From Lama guanicoe (taxonomy: Eukaryota), in NCBI GenBank assembly GCA_013239625.1, contig MU053376.1, positions 396,833 through 460,832 of the forward strand: a stretch of 64,000 nucleotides of DNA. Reading direction: 5' to 3'. Shown here in pieces: positions 1-12,788 of the stretch; the stretch's first letter is position 1; each line of letters starts with the position of its first letter. Under the pieces are notes generated by a model that worked only from the letters and a program-made list of their open reading frames with translations, searched no databases and was not told the DNA's origin. The translations under genes were made by a program, and so were the position numbers.

Positions 1-215
1 CTTGAAGAAATCAGTTAACCCCCAGGAGATGGGACATAGATTCGACAGAACTTACCCCCCAGCTCCAGGTCTAAACGTACTCGCCCAGCTGCTTCAGCTA
101 CATCGTCCCCCACCCAAGGTTCCGCACTTCCTCCTGCTGTCCCAGCCCAAACCTCAAGGGGAAAACTTGGAGCCAACTCTGGAGTGGTCCTGATGGGGGT
201 GTGCTGGGGCCTCAC

Positions 216-327
216 CTGCAAGATGACACTATCCGGCTGATGGAAGTTAGGAGCGCTCCAGCGGGCACTAGGGTTTTCCTGGGTTGCTGGCCATAAGCCC
301 AGAAGCTTCCGGCCACAGGTCAGGACT
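216..327 (-). CDS. PIK3C2B: PIK3C2B coding exon 13 (112 nt); gene continues beyond the left edge
   Basis: VLTCGRKLLGLWPATQENPSARWSAPNFHQPDSVILQ; atcctcctcag / gtgagg. Confidence 0.96.
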
Positions 328-893
328 CTGAGGAGGATAAGAGGTGGAGTGAGCCAACAGACCCAGCAGCTCAGGAGATGGCTTTCCTCCTGCTCCCCCT
401 CCCAAAACCCTGCCTTTCCTACATGAAACCACCACCCAATTCCTGTCTCTCTTATTCTCTCCGCAGACATTGCCTTTTCCTTCTTCCAGGTCCTATGCCA
501 GCCCACCTGCTCCAGGAAGCCTCTCTAAGCTAACCACAGCCCAGTCTGGGCGACCTGGTGGCCGGGATGCCTTCATGAGGTGGTGAGCTGGACCAGATGA
601 CCTGCAAGGTCATCCCAATGACAAGATTAGATGGCATTACCCAAGCACTGTATTTCCATGCCCCTCCCCACCCATCCCGTGCCACCAGTCCTGTCCAGTA
701 GTTCACAGTTATATCAACTGTCCTGGTCACCAGTCCTGGTCTTGATCTCGCTCCCCCAGGGCTGGGGCCCTCTCAGTGAGCCCCATCCAGCCAACCCTCC
801 CAAGGGACCCTGGCCTGTACAGCAGCCAGGCCCCTCTCTCTAGTCCCAGCTCCCTCCCGAGGCCAAGAAGAGGCTGCCCTGGGGCCCACATAC

Positions 894-1061
894 TGCCTGA
901 AGTTGAAGAGCGGGGTAGTGACCCAGCCCAGGGCTTCGGGCACCCGCCGCTGCTTATTGGCCTCCGAGGAGCTCCCGGGTGGGGGGATGGGGAGAGCATG
1001 GAGAGTGACACACAGCAGCGTCTCCCGAGGCAGTCGGTTCACCTGCACGGGGAAGCAGATC
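894..1061 (-). CDS. PIK3C2B: PIK3C2B coding exon 12 (168 nt), C2 domain
   Basis: ICFPVQVNRLPRETLLCVTLHALPIPPPGSSSEANKQRRVPEALGWVTTPLFNFR(Q); cctctctag / gtatgt. Confidence 0.96.
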
Positions 1062-4000
1062 CTAGAGAGGACAGGAAACCCAATCAGGAAGTGCCACCCC
1101 TGAGGCCTCAAGGGGCATGTGGCCCAGAAAGTCAAGCTGAGAACGCGGCTTCCTGGCATGCTCCCTGGGTAAGTCTTCCTGCAGAACCAGGACAGATCCC
1201 AAGCTGCAGGCAAAACTTCCACTGGACGCCCCCAGGAGCTCAGTCTAAGTGTTCCTGCAGCCTCTCGGTGGAGTGAGGCAAACGTCCGTTGATCTGGGGG
1301 CTACCCACGGTGACCAGAGCCATCTCAGAGTTCAGGTGACCACCTGTCCCACAGTCAGTGATACTCCTTCCCTTATTTCAAGATTTCTGCAGAGGGTCAC
1401 CTTTTGACAGTCCTTCTCCACTGAATAATCTCTATGCCTCCCCCACCTCCTGCTGCCCAGAGCAACCAGGAAGCAGCCGCAGGTCCCTGCCGTCGGCTCC
1501 CCTCCCCCACAGCCTTCCCACCTGTCTGTCCTCTCCCGTCCCCTTCTTCCCCTAACCCACAGGACGTAAGAGAGCTTGCTCTCACCCAGAAACGGTTTTC
1601 CAAGCCAAAGGGATAAAGAAAGGGGACTCCTCCAAGTCCCCGGGGGGTGAGAAAGCAAACTGGCAGGGCCCAAAGACCTGAGATACAGACGCCCTCGCCA
1701 GCACCCAAGCCCAGACGGCCTCTCCCAGGCTCCCACGCTGAATCACACCCGGCCACTCCCTCCACGTCCAGGATAAGGAGTCCAGGGTGGGGTGAGGGGG
1801 AAGGGAGGGGAGCTGGGGAAAGCAGGGAGGACCGACATTACCTTTCGGGGAAGCTGTCCCTGGGCCAACGTCCATACTGTCACACCCTTCTGGCCAGCCC
1901 AGGGCCCAGCAGCTTCTACGCCAGAGGGCACAGAGGCAGGGCGGCCTCCCTCGAGGTTAGCAGTTCCATGATCAAGCAGCCTCCCTCCACCGCTGCCCCG
2001 CACTCCTCCAGAGGAACCTCCGTCTAAGTGAGGTGCTCCCTCCTTCCCGCCAGAGACTGGCAGAGCCCCGCTCTGTCCCAGCTGCCTCTACCCTGGGGGC
2101 CCACAGCTAAAATTAGGACCCCTCCAGCCGCCAGCAGACATGCCAGGCCAGGGCTTGGCTAGGGTGCAGAGCGCGGCTCCCGGGCCTATTTTGAGAGTTA
2201 GCTGATCCCGTACTGGTGCAGAGGGGAGAGGGTCAGCTGACCCCATGGCAAAGAGGGGAGGGAGCTGGTCCTGATCCCTTTCCTTTCACCCAAGAAGAGG
2301 CTTCCAGCTCCACATCCAGAGGAAAAGGAGAGTGAAACTTTCTAATTGAAACCACAACACCTAAATCCAGCCAAGGGCCCCTTCTCCTCAGCCCTTGAGT
2401 CTATCTGGTATTTGGAAGCCTCCCCCACGGACCTTCACCTGGGGTCAGTTAGGAAAACCCGTCGGTTAGCTGTAGCCCTGAACCTCTGCCCTGCCCAAGA
2501 GACCCCTTTCCTCCCTTCTGCACCCCACTCCTCAACAGCACATCACAGGGGCTGACTCCTCCAGGCAGGGTTCCTGGGATGTGCCGGTTGCAGTTCTGGT
2601 TCTGCCACTCACAACCTCTGCATCAGTGAAAAGGGGAACAGAGCTTCACTTGTGCGATGTCTGTATACGTTGTCCGTGTGCTTTCTGCTGTGTGACACTG
2701 TGGCTACGGCACTGAAACTGGGCTCTACACGGAGCAGTTTCACGCACAAATATTCCCACGCATCAGTCACTGTGTCAGTCACTTCGAACGGACAAACAGG
2801 AACTGAGAGGGCTCCCCCAGCTAAGAAAACGACAAAGATGATGAAGAAGAAAGCATGTATCACATGCTAAGTGCTATGCCAAGCACTTCACTTACAATGT
2901 GCCAACTGCTCTCAAACGACCCCACGGGGTAGGCCCTATTACCATGTCCATTTTGGGTTGAATGACCTGCCCAAGGTTGCACCTACGAGAAGGGGGAGGA
3001 TGTCTGCACCCAAACTGCACCCTACATTGTAGCACCTTCTCCCACCTGCCTTGGTCTTGACCATGAAGGTGCCAAGAGCTGTCCCAGGGGGCATGTGGAT
3101 GGGCAGCACTGAGATGACACCGTCCATAAGGCTCTATGCAGGGGACCAGCCCTTTGGAATCTGAGGTAGAGATTCAGACAGGGAGTGGAATGAGACCTAC
3201 AGAGCAGGCAGGCCGAGACAGGACATGCCAGGCTGCTTCCATACCTCCGATACTCCATGGGAAAGGGGTCTAAGGCTAACTGTGGGGTCTACCTGGGCTG
3301 GAGCACCCCTCCCTTGGCTGTGGTAGTAACTGAAGCCAGAGAATCCCAAAGGGATGGTGAAATTCAGGAGCCACTGAAGGCAGCCATCCTCTGTCTCCAA
3401 GGAGTCCCTCCTGGCCAGTGGTTGTTTAATTAAAGGACTTTATTTACATTGTTATTGCTCTAAGAATCACAAAAGTGTGAAGACAAGAGAAAGGGTCTGC
3501 CAGCCCCATCATCCATCTGTAAAAGGCCTACCCCTCCCAGGATTTCCCACAGACTCTCTGTCCACCTGTTTCGGCATCCTTGGCCTCCCAGAGGACCATC
3601 CTCAGTCTCTTTAATCTACACTCCAAATATTGAAGTTGCAGTCCTGCTCTGCACATAGGGACTCAGAGATAAGTCAGTCTGGGGAAAGGAAGCTAGCGGG
3701 AGCAAACAAGGGGTTTTCTGAGTGGAGGGAGCACAGGTCACAGGGCAGAAAACGCATGGGGCACACAAACCCCAGCCATGTCACCCTTCGAGGCACCTCT
3801 GCCTCCATTTCCTTCCTGTTTTCCTTGGCTGATGCCTAATTTCCCGACAGCAAACTGCTGTTAATAAATGGTGATTAATACTTCCCTGTGCTTGTGGTTT
3901 CATATTTCTGTTTATAACCTATTTCATTTCAGTGCGACAAACGCCTCTGAGTTAAACAAATGTACCCACTTCACAGTTTGAGAAACTGAGGCCCAGAGAG

Positions 4001-4467
4001 GCCAGAGGGAACCTAAGACTAGAGTCAGAGCTTGAAACAGAGCCTCATTCCTAGGGCTCCAAGCCCCTTATTCTTCCCTCCAGCCTTTCCTTCCCTACCT
4101 AGAAGGGAGAAGGCACAGCCCCCTCTCCCTCTTATGGGAACGTCAGGGAGGATGAGACTCCCTCACTCTAGTTACACCTTGTAAGGGAGACAAGATCAAA
4201 ACAAATTATTATTAAAACTAATGTTTAAATGGTCCTTCGTGATTTACAAACAGCCTTTAGGGACACTTCTCATCAGAGAGGTAGAAATTAAACTTGTCCT
4301 CACTGAAGAGTTAGGGAAGAAGAGGTAAGAACAGCTTATTTGGTTAGGGCTATGACAGAGCCTGGTTTAATCCAGGTCTGGGCTCTTAGACTGAATCTAG
4401 GCACTCAGGAGGCTGAGAGGGTCTGCAGGGGGCACTGCAGCCGGGGAGGGGGCGGGGGAGGGCTTAC

Positions 4468-4590
4468 TGCTGGTCCCAGATGATGAGATGGAAGAGGTAT
4501 TTGGAGAAGTGAGCCCTTCGGGTCTGCAGGGGGCTGCACAGCTCCTTGCCGCCATGGCTGAGGGAGCAGGAGAGGTAGAAATCTTCATAG
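4468..4590 (-). CDS. PIK3C2B: PIK3C2B coding exon 11 (123 nt), C2 domain
   Basis: YEDFYLSCSLSHGGKELCSPLQTRRAHFSKYLFHLIIWDQ; ctttctttcacag / gtaagc. Confidence 0.96.
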
Positions 4591-5627
4591 CTGTGAAAGA
4601 AAGGGTGCAGGTCAGGACGCTTGGCTCCCAAACCCCATCCCAGTCACCCAAGCTATGCCAAACTCCACTTCCCCTGGCAAAACTCCCCTGGACTGGTGGG
4701 ACCAGAACGTGGGGTCAAGGAAAAGGACACCAAACTGGATCTGCAAATGTGCTCTGGGAAAAGCAACTCAGTGTGGATCCCTCTGCCCAATTTCAGGTTC
4801 CATGCTGAGCCCGTGGTTTTTTCCCTTTTTGATTGGGGACCAGCTATGCAGCCTCCGCACAGCCAGCCCCAGCCCACCGGGTGACCGTGTGCATGTGTGC
4901 GCACAGGCGCATGCGCAGGTGAGAAGGGTGGGGGATGAAAAAACGACATATGCTGACATGAATGCCAACACATGGGGGTCCCTGTGGCTCGTGACAGGTG
5001 CCTGACAGAAGAGGTCAGAGAAGGCCCTGGTTTCCCAGGCTGCCTCCTTTGTTCTCCGCCAATTGCCCAGAGGAATACATTAAGTGAGGAACAAAGAGAG
5101 AAGGGGAAGGGAGGGGGAGGGAGTCCGGGAGGGGTGGAGGCGCGTGCAGCCAAAGGCCTATTCCCCCAGGCCTGGGATGCTGGGGGACCCTGAAGAGATG
5201 CTGAGGATTACTAAGTGAACTCCTCCTCCACCCACCCCTGCAGGCCTAGGGAACTGCAGACAAAGGGTCATCTCCCACCTCCCCACCTCCTCCCATTGTG
5301 CATCTGCAGGGGAGTGCAGTCACTGGCCATGGGGCATGCACTCGGATCTGGGAAGCAGCCATCTGTCGCAGCCCATCAGCTGGCCTTGGATGGGAGGGGG
5401 CAGGGATGCCTATGCAGCCAGCACGCAGAGGGAATGGCAAGATCTGACCACTGCTGGCTTTCTGTGCTCTGGGATGTCCCAGCCCACCTGTGTCTTCCTC
5501 TCAGTGAGCTCACCCCCTCAGCCACAGTACACCACAATGCCACAGATCCTAAATTTAAGACCGTGGGGTCACACGCAGACAGAAGAAGCCACCCGACGTC
5601 AAACTCGGCTTTCAGCCCAGGGCTTAC

Positions 5628-5823
5628 CTGGTAGCCCATGTGATGGGGATGCGGTGGGTGGCATAGACCGAAAAGGCCAGAGGCCCAGAGAAATGGCAAG
5701 CCTCTTGGACCAGATCGTGCTTGCGGCTCCCGGGCACTGATGTCTGGAAGTCTGCATTGAACGTGTTGCAGTACAGTTCCACCAGGTCCAAGATGGCAGC
5801 TGTCAGGGCTTCCACGACCTTCT
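5628..5823 (-). CDS. PIK3C2B: PIK3C2B coding exon 10 (196 nt)
   Basis: KVVEALTAAILDLVELYCNTFNADFQ...YATHRIPITWAT(S); ccttccttccgcag / gtaagc. Confidence 0.96.
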
Positions 5824-6540
5824 CTGCGGAAGGAAGGCGACAGAAGGAAAAGTCGTGAGGCTTCAACAAGCCTCATCTTGTTGCCATGGCACTGGCTAGG
5901 ATGGGGGTACCCTAGGACAGTAGACCCCAAATGCCCATCACCCATCTGTGATGAAATGAGGAAAAAGCAGGAGCTTGTCGTGAGCTTCTCATGAAATGAT
6001 AGATATTTAATGTTAAACACTGTCCTTTTTACATATTGCTACTTTAGTGATAAATTTCCTTTCTTTTAGGAAATAGTGGGAATAATAATTATCAGCTTCT
6101 TTAAAAATGTCATTGCTTGGCAAAATAAAAGCTGACAATTCTGTGTTGGTCCCCAAAATAATACTTTTTGGTCCACGAAAGCCAAAAGACTGGGAATCAC
6201 TGACCAAGAATCCCAGAGTCTAGGGCCTTTTATAGGGCAGTATTCTGCTTGAAAGACTTACGGGAGAATCCTTGTGAAAAAGTCTTTATCACCCTCTCCC
6301 CAGCTCTATTCTGAGCTGGAAACATAGGGGTTATGAGCTGCCTGGAGAGTAACCACAACCGACCCAAGTGAGAGTTTTCCCATCTGGATCCCAGGGCTGA
6401 CTCTCCCCGCCACGCCCACCCTCACTTATACCACCTCATCACCATCTCCCAGGGACACCACAGGAATAACTAGTAAAAATAATGAGAAAACATTTTGTGG
6501 AAAGAAATGTGCTCTCCAGCTGTGTCCACGCCTCATATAG

Positions 6541-6545
<5 letters not shown>

Positions 6546-6579
<34 letters not shown>
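6546..6579 (+). repeat. (CA)n microsatellite
   Basis: Perfect CA run. Confidence 0.95.
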
Positions 6580-6582
<3 letters not shown>

Positions 6583-6667
6583 GCAGATCCTGGACCCATA
6601 AATCAAGGGGGCCTGGACAGACCAGTTTTCAGCTGCCACTCCTGGATGAAGACGGCAGCTCCCTTAC

Positions 6668-6701
6668 CTCGGTTTTCCCTCACAGCCAAGACGGTGAGAT
6701 C
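6668..6701 (-). CDS. PIK3C2B: PIK3C2B coding exon 9 (34-nt mini-exon)
   Basis: DLTVLAVRENR(E); ttttccccaatag / gtaagg; phase 0 to 1, which is needed to keep the frame. Confidence 0.92.
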
Positions 6702-7284
6702 CTATTGGGGAAAATGGAGAGGGAAGGGAGCTTCAGCACCACGGCCTTTTCTGTCACAGCTGGAGGAAGGGCTTTTCACAGCTGTGCTCATCTGGACCAG
6801 ACTGGACCGGAATTTGAGGAGCAGGGGTTCCCCAGGGAGGATGGAGTAATAGTTTGTACCAGATCCGTGTGATGGACAGTGAGCCAGACCAACGATACAA
6901 TTATCGTGTCCACCCACACGAGACACTCCAGCCCTCAGGCCGCTCCACGGCAGACCACAGCGCCTATCGGGCTGGCCGTCCCTGTCTGCACCGCACACAG
7001 CCCCCACTGGGGAGTCCCCGAGTCCCTGGCTTGGGGGGGTGGGGGGCGGGGATTTGAGTCTTGCACCCTGATGGGTATGCAAACTATGAGGCAGTGCCTC
7101 GGTGATTGTGAATAAAGCCTTTGCTGGCCTGGGCTCCCAGCAGTCAGTCCCAGTGGGCAGACCTTGGCCCACCCCCATCCTCAGGAAGAGGTGATACACT
7201 TGGTATCCATTTCCCAAGAAGTCCTGTGGCTAAAGGTTCAAACATAAAAGATGGGGGTAGACAGAAGAGTCTGGGCCCCGTTAC

Positions 7285-7431
7285 CTTCTGGATTTTAGGC
7301 TGCATTCGGGAAGAGCAGGGGGGCAGCTGGTTGAGAGCGCTGGTGATCTCGGGAGTTTCCACAGCAGCCAGGGCGTTGCAGATGGCCTTGACGGACTGGA
7401 CCACCCTGTCAGCCTTCAGCGGGAAGTCCGC
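7285..7431 (-). CDS. PIK3C2B: PIK3C2B coding exon 8 (147 nt)
   Basis: ADFPLKADRVVQSVKAICNALAAVETPEITSALNQLPPCSSRMQPKIQK; cttcccgcag / gtaacg. Confidence 0.96.
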
Positions 7432-8798
7432 CTGCGGGAAGCAGCACGGGGGGCCGGCAGGCCAGCGTGCTCAGCCTCCAGTACCCACACCCACAGTGTC
7501 GAAGGAATGGGTTGGGAGGAGTGGGGGCTCATGACCCTCAGGAGTAACTAGTGGTACCCATGCTTTATTTTCAAACATCCAGCTTCGGTGAACAGTCGCT
7601 CCCGCTGGATGAAAGGAGCCATGCCTGGGTTCCCCAATGCTTTCAGCCATCTTCCCTGAACCTCCTCTTATTCCCAGCCTCCCAATGTCCGCTACAGTGT
7701 ATTTATACCATCTATACAAACACATGCAGGGGCTCCCCCAGAGACACCCAATTTTAATAAATCAATCCATAGGGAATAGCAAGTGGGCCAAAGAGACCAT
7801 ACTGAGGCCCCGCAGCCGTCTTTCTCATGCTACCATCTAGAATTTCCAGACACAGATCTCATCTCAGCACCAGGGCCATGCCATACCCTCTGCACTTTGA
7901 CTCCTGCCCTGATTACCTAGGTAAATGCAAATCACAGACTAGCTAAACTCCAAGTTCCTTCCCAAAGCCTTCCTGGCCAGCCCCCGTCCCCAATCCCGCT
8001 GCCCATCACTCTCTGGGAGCCCTTGATTAACTCATTACCAAACTGTCTGTCTACTAACAGCTGCTTTATGCACAGCAGCCACTAACGTAGGGCCAGACTA
8101 GTGCACAAAAGGTACTCAGAGAACGCCCCTCTCATCGCAGTGGATGTTCAAGCAGAGGCTGCGAAGGAAGGGATTCTGGCAGTCAGTGGAGGGTTGCACT
8201 AGATACAAAGCTGAATTCCCCTAAAAGGACGACTACCATTTAACTGGGATCAATGAGACAGCCTGTTTGAAGATCACTGATTTTCTTCAGCTTCACAACA
8301 TGAGGGGAAAATGTTTATTCTCATGGTTTTGAGGCTTAAAACTCCATGTGAATCCAAGTGAGGGGAGTCCTGGCCCTCCCCTACCCCTGGGACCCTCTAC
8401 CTCCTGGTTTTCCACCTGCGACACCAGTACATCAGAACCTCTCAGAGCAGACGCTCCTGGGTCTTGCTCACGGGAGGCACACTCCCGTGCATGTTCAAGT
8501 ACAGAAGCTGGGGTGACAACTCTGTGTCCCTGAGCTTTGGAAATGCCCTGGTCTGGAAACAGGATCAGGGCACGGTTCCTGACCTACTTCTACAGAGGAG
8601 AATCCTCTACACACACTTGCCAGCTGCCCAACAGCTGGCAGCCTTGGTTTGCCCATGTGTGAGGTGGATGAAAAGAGTGTTCTGCTAATAGATTTTCAGT
8701 GTCTGCTCCAGACCCTTTCAGTGTTAGGTGACCCCCAAGAGCACGAGGGGAGGGGTGGGGGTTTGGGGAGCTGGGCCAGCCCCAGGATTTGTACTCAC

Positions 8799-8862
8799 AT
8801 CAGCCAACAGGAAGGCATCCACCTCATTGTGGTAAGTGTCGAACAGAAGACTCAGGGCCTGC
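8799..8862 (-). CDS. PIK3C2B: PIK3C2B coding exon 7 (64 nt)
   Basis: QALSLLFDTYHNEVDAFLLAD; aacttcccag / gtgagt; phase 2 to 0. Confidence 0.95.
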
Positions 8863-9249
8863 CTGGGAAGTTGGGGGCAGGAAAAAGTCATGGGAGAGGT
8901 CAGGACAGACCCACTGTACCAGAAGAGCCATTCTCTCCCTCCCTCTCCACAGTTCGTTCAGCAGTCAGACGCTGGTTTAAAGGGGTTCCCACCCTTTCCA
9001 TACGTCCCGTGAAGACTGCTGGCCGGCAAGTCTTTTCTATTTGGCCACATTTTACCTGGAGAATGTGGCAAAGCACTAGAGGGAGGAGATGCAACATACC
9101 CTGGGGTGGGAATCCTTTCCTCTAAGACTCTTGGGCCCCATTCCCAACACCCGCAAGAACCCCCGGCCCTGGCAGAGAGGCAAGCATGTCTGCCGGGGTT
9201 CCCGCGAGGCTCCTGCTCGGGCCACATCCAAGATGGTACCCACTCTCAC

Positions 9250-9329
9250 CTGCTGATGGTCTGTTTGACTGGCCTCTCCTGCAGATGGACGAGGTAGTTC
9301 AAGGTGGAGGGGCTCTGATCATCATTCAC
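9250..9329 (-). CDS. PIK3C2B: PIK3C2B coding exon 6 (80 nt)
   Basis: VNDDQSPSTLNYLVHLQERPVKQTIS(R); tgctcatacag / gtgaga; phase 0 to 2. Confidence 0.95.
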
Positions 9330-9444
9330 CTGTATGAGCACAGTATTCAGAGAGGGGTGGCGCCTTTACCTCAGCCCACGCCCACCCTGTCTGTTCCATA
9401 TCGCCCTCTGCTCACTACCTCTCCATCCCTGTGCAGTCACCTAC

Positions 9445-9531
9445 CATTTCTGCTCCATCAGCTGTAGCCGAATGTCGATGTCAAACTTCCGACAGTACTG
9501 AATATACTCATGGCTGCCCAGGGCGTGCTTG
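9445..9531 (-). CDS. PIK3C2B: PIK3C2B coding exon 5 (87 nt here; apparently 25 nt short and frameshifted)
   Basis: KHALGSHEYIQYCRKFDIDIRLQLMEQK then TG|gtaggt; cccctgtcccaccag acceptor; ends in phase 2 whereas the next exon needs phase 0. Confidence 0.88.
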
Positions 9532-11966
9532 CTGGTGGGACAGGGGGACAAGGCCATTAGCATCCTGGGGACTCAGTGGAACATGCAAGGGAAACACATA
9601 CTTTGGCCTTAGGGAGGGAGAAGCAGGGGGAAGAGGGAGGTGAAGGGGTGGTACCTGTGATGCACCCCCACCTTGGCTCCTGGGAAATACCGCGGCAGGG
9701 CTCGGGGAGAGAAACAGAGGTCCGTCTAAAGAAAAGCCACCTAATGCGTTTAACCCTCGGTCTGTACAAACGTTGACTTTCCTAAGTATTTATTACCTAG
9801 ACCGTTCATCACTCCAGGGTGGGAACTTCTGGAGGGAGTCGGGAACAGAGAGACTTCTCAGGGACAGTTTAAACCCCATTCTCTTGGCTTCGGTACACAG
9901 CACACACTGGAGCCAGGCTGTGCTCAGACTTGGGCGTGGAGCTCAGTGGGTGACACCCTCCTAACACTGTGGTCCTAAATCTCACACCTCCACCATTACC
10001 GTTACCAATGTGGGTGCGGGGGCCAGCCAGGCCAACCCATCAAGCTACCAGGTCTATCACCCTCAAGCCCGTCAAAGCTCTGCTTCTCACCTCCCTCCGT
10101 GGGTCCTGCCTGACTGTGAATAACAGTATAAATCTCTACGGATCGCCTGCGTGCCAGTTCCACTGCTCAAGGGACATGTGAGACGCCCCCTCCCCCCAAC
10201 CCACCCCAAGTTTCAGAGAAGGGGGCCTAGGGAGTCCCCCAGTGATCCAGCCCCCTCCTCCCTCCCAGTCACACCTCAGACAGAAAGGAAACCCGGGAGA
10301 AGGGCAGAGTGAGTCCCACCTGCAGGCCAGCACTGCAGGCCGGGGCCAAGTCCCAGCAGCTGGGTAACAGAAGCCGGAAAGGGACTTCCTTCCTCAGCAG
10401 AGCTGGGAATCTAGGCCAGAAATGGAGGGGAGAAGAGAGGAGCAAAGGAGAAGGCTATGTGCAGAAGCTGACAGAGGTGCCCGGGCCTGAGGCCAGTCTG
10501 GGTCCAGCTAGGGCTTAAGTGGGGTTTCCACACCCGGACGGGCCAAGCCTCTGATCTAGGCCCCAACCTGCTAAGACTGAACTGCAGCCAAAACCTGGGG
10601 TTGCGAGAGGCTGGGCTGTGGGGCGGGTCTAGGGGGAGTGCCCTGAGAGGAAGGAAGAGTGTGGCGGGGTTGGGGAGGTAGCAGGAAACCCAACCCTCCC
10701 CTGGGACCGTCTCAAGGTTCTTATCTGAGAGCAGCCTGCTTCCTGGATCCGCCACTCCCCCTCAGCGTCAGCCATGCTCGCTAGGCAAAGGTAGGTAGGA
10801 AACACAGGGCCTCCTTGGGAGCTGGCAGCTTTCTGGAACCCCCCAGAGGGTCCTTTCCACCTCCATCCAAGGCAGCTGTCTTGTGCTCAGGGGTCTGGGC
10901 TTTCCCGTTGAGTGGGAGGGGGCTCCTGGACCAAGAGTGATGGCCCCAGGCTCCCTGGGGACTTGCTTGACCTTCTCTGTGGAAGGCCCTCCTCTGCGGG
11001 CATTCCAGTTACAGTGGGAGAGGCATGGCCCCAGGACCAACAGCCTGCTCCACCTCATCCGGAGCACCCCACCTAGGTCTTGGCGGGAAGTCAGAACCTG
11101 AACCTGACAGCTTCTCTATCACCTCTGGACTCTGGGGCTCAAGGACGAGGGAGCTGAAAAGGAAATGTCAGCATCCATCTGATCCAGATCCCCAGGCATT
11201 CCTCTCTGTGGACCAGTCCTTCCCTGCAAGTATGTATTGACTGCTCACTGGGTCATTCTCACATTTACCTGTCGCTACATTTTACAGAAGTTGCCCCAAC
11301 TAAGAAGGGGCAAGCTGGAACCCAAACCAGTTGTGTTCATGTGACCCACTACACCCCTTGCTCCCTTACAAGAGTGGCAGGCTGCCTGGGGACTCTTTGC
11401 CAGGACACCCTGAGTCTAGGCCCCCCTTCATTTCTTTATGGGAAAGCGAGTACGCACGGTACACATTTGTTGCCCCCTTCCTTTCTCGCAGTTTTCCAGT
11501 TGAGAGCACAGAGGCCAGAAAGGGCCCACGATATTCCTAAGGTTAAAGAAACCAGCCAAGAACTGCTCCAGCCCTAGGTCAACCACCCATGCAACCAGAC
11601 TGGCATGTAAGAAGAAGAGCAAGCGATGGCACTTAATCAGGGAGACACAAGCCCCTCCTTTCCCCATTCGCAAGGTCTGCCTCCTCCAAGTGGCCCAGGT
11701 TGTCGGCAGTAGGTAACTGGACGCTTGGGGAGGAAAACGGGTCTCTATTTTCTTATCTGCTGCCCTCTGGCTGATTCTACAGTCGGTCACGCAGCTGTAC
11801 CCCTAAAGGGTAGAATCCCCCTCCCCTCCCCCCAGCACTCCAGAGCCCCGGGGCAGTGCAAAGGGGACTGCAGCCTACGGCCCACATCACACTTTCCAGG
11901 GAGGCCGCTTGCTGCAGAAGGCACTGGATGAAGAGGAGCTGGAGGCGAGCCTTTGGTGAGGAGCGT

Positions 11967-12034
11967 AACCAGCTGCACATGCCGGGGCGGCGGGGGGGAA
12001 CCAGCTGCAAATGCCGGGGCGGCGGGGGGGGGGG
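11967..12034 (+). repeat. 32-bp tandem duplication, G-rich
   Basis: aaccagctgca(c/a)atgccggggcggcggggggg twice. Confidence 0.9.
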
Positions 12035-12443
12035 CTAGACCGCTGGGGGAGGGGAGAGCAACTGTGATTTTTAAACCCTAGGTTCCCCAGGGTGCTTCCT
12101 CCCAGTCCTCCTTCAGCCCCTGGCACCCATACATACATCTCTCCATATGCAAAAGTCTGCAAGCAGATATGACCTAGTCTTTGCCTAATCCCAGCTCCAA
12201 GCTCTTTCCACAGCGGACTTGGCTCATGAAGCCAGCCAACGCCGCTGGAAGACTGAGCTCCTGGGGAAAGTGCGACGTGGCTGAGAGTATGCCCAGAAAG
12301 CACGAGCCCTGACTATGGGGCTGGGGAGGAGCTGCCAGTCCCAAGCCTCGAGCCCAGCACCCCGCTGTGAAGCCCCCTCACAATCCTACCACCAGGGAGG
12401 CAGGTGCCGCTCCCGCCCCGCCTGTCCCCACCAGGCAACTCAC

Positions 12444-12564
12444 TTCTGCAGGAACTCTTCTAGCCCACAGGGCTTCAGCACAAAGTCACCCACATCTACA
12501 TCCCTCAGTTCATCGTGGGTGTAGCACAAGGTCTGGTAGATGAGCAAGTCTACAGTGGAGGAAC
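12444..12564 (-). CDS. PIK3C2B: PIK3C2B coding exon 4 (121 nt)
   Basis: [39 protein letters not shown](N); ccccttacag / gtgagt; phase 1 to 2. Confidence 0.96.
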
Positions 12565-12788
12565 CTGTAAGGGGTGAGGTAGGGGGAGCAATGATGGGGG
12601 GCACTGGGGCAGACGGGGGTCGTCCTGATCCCTGACCCCTGGCTAGACATTCTCCAGCACCATCACCAGCCAGACAAAGCAGGCCAACACACAGTCTGCA
12701 TGGAGCTGGGAATCAAAGCCAAAGGACGCTACACGGTCACCCCAGCCGCACCTCAAGGGATTCTCGCCCCGCCTCCCAACTAACTTAC

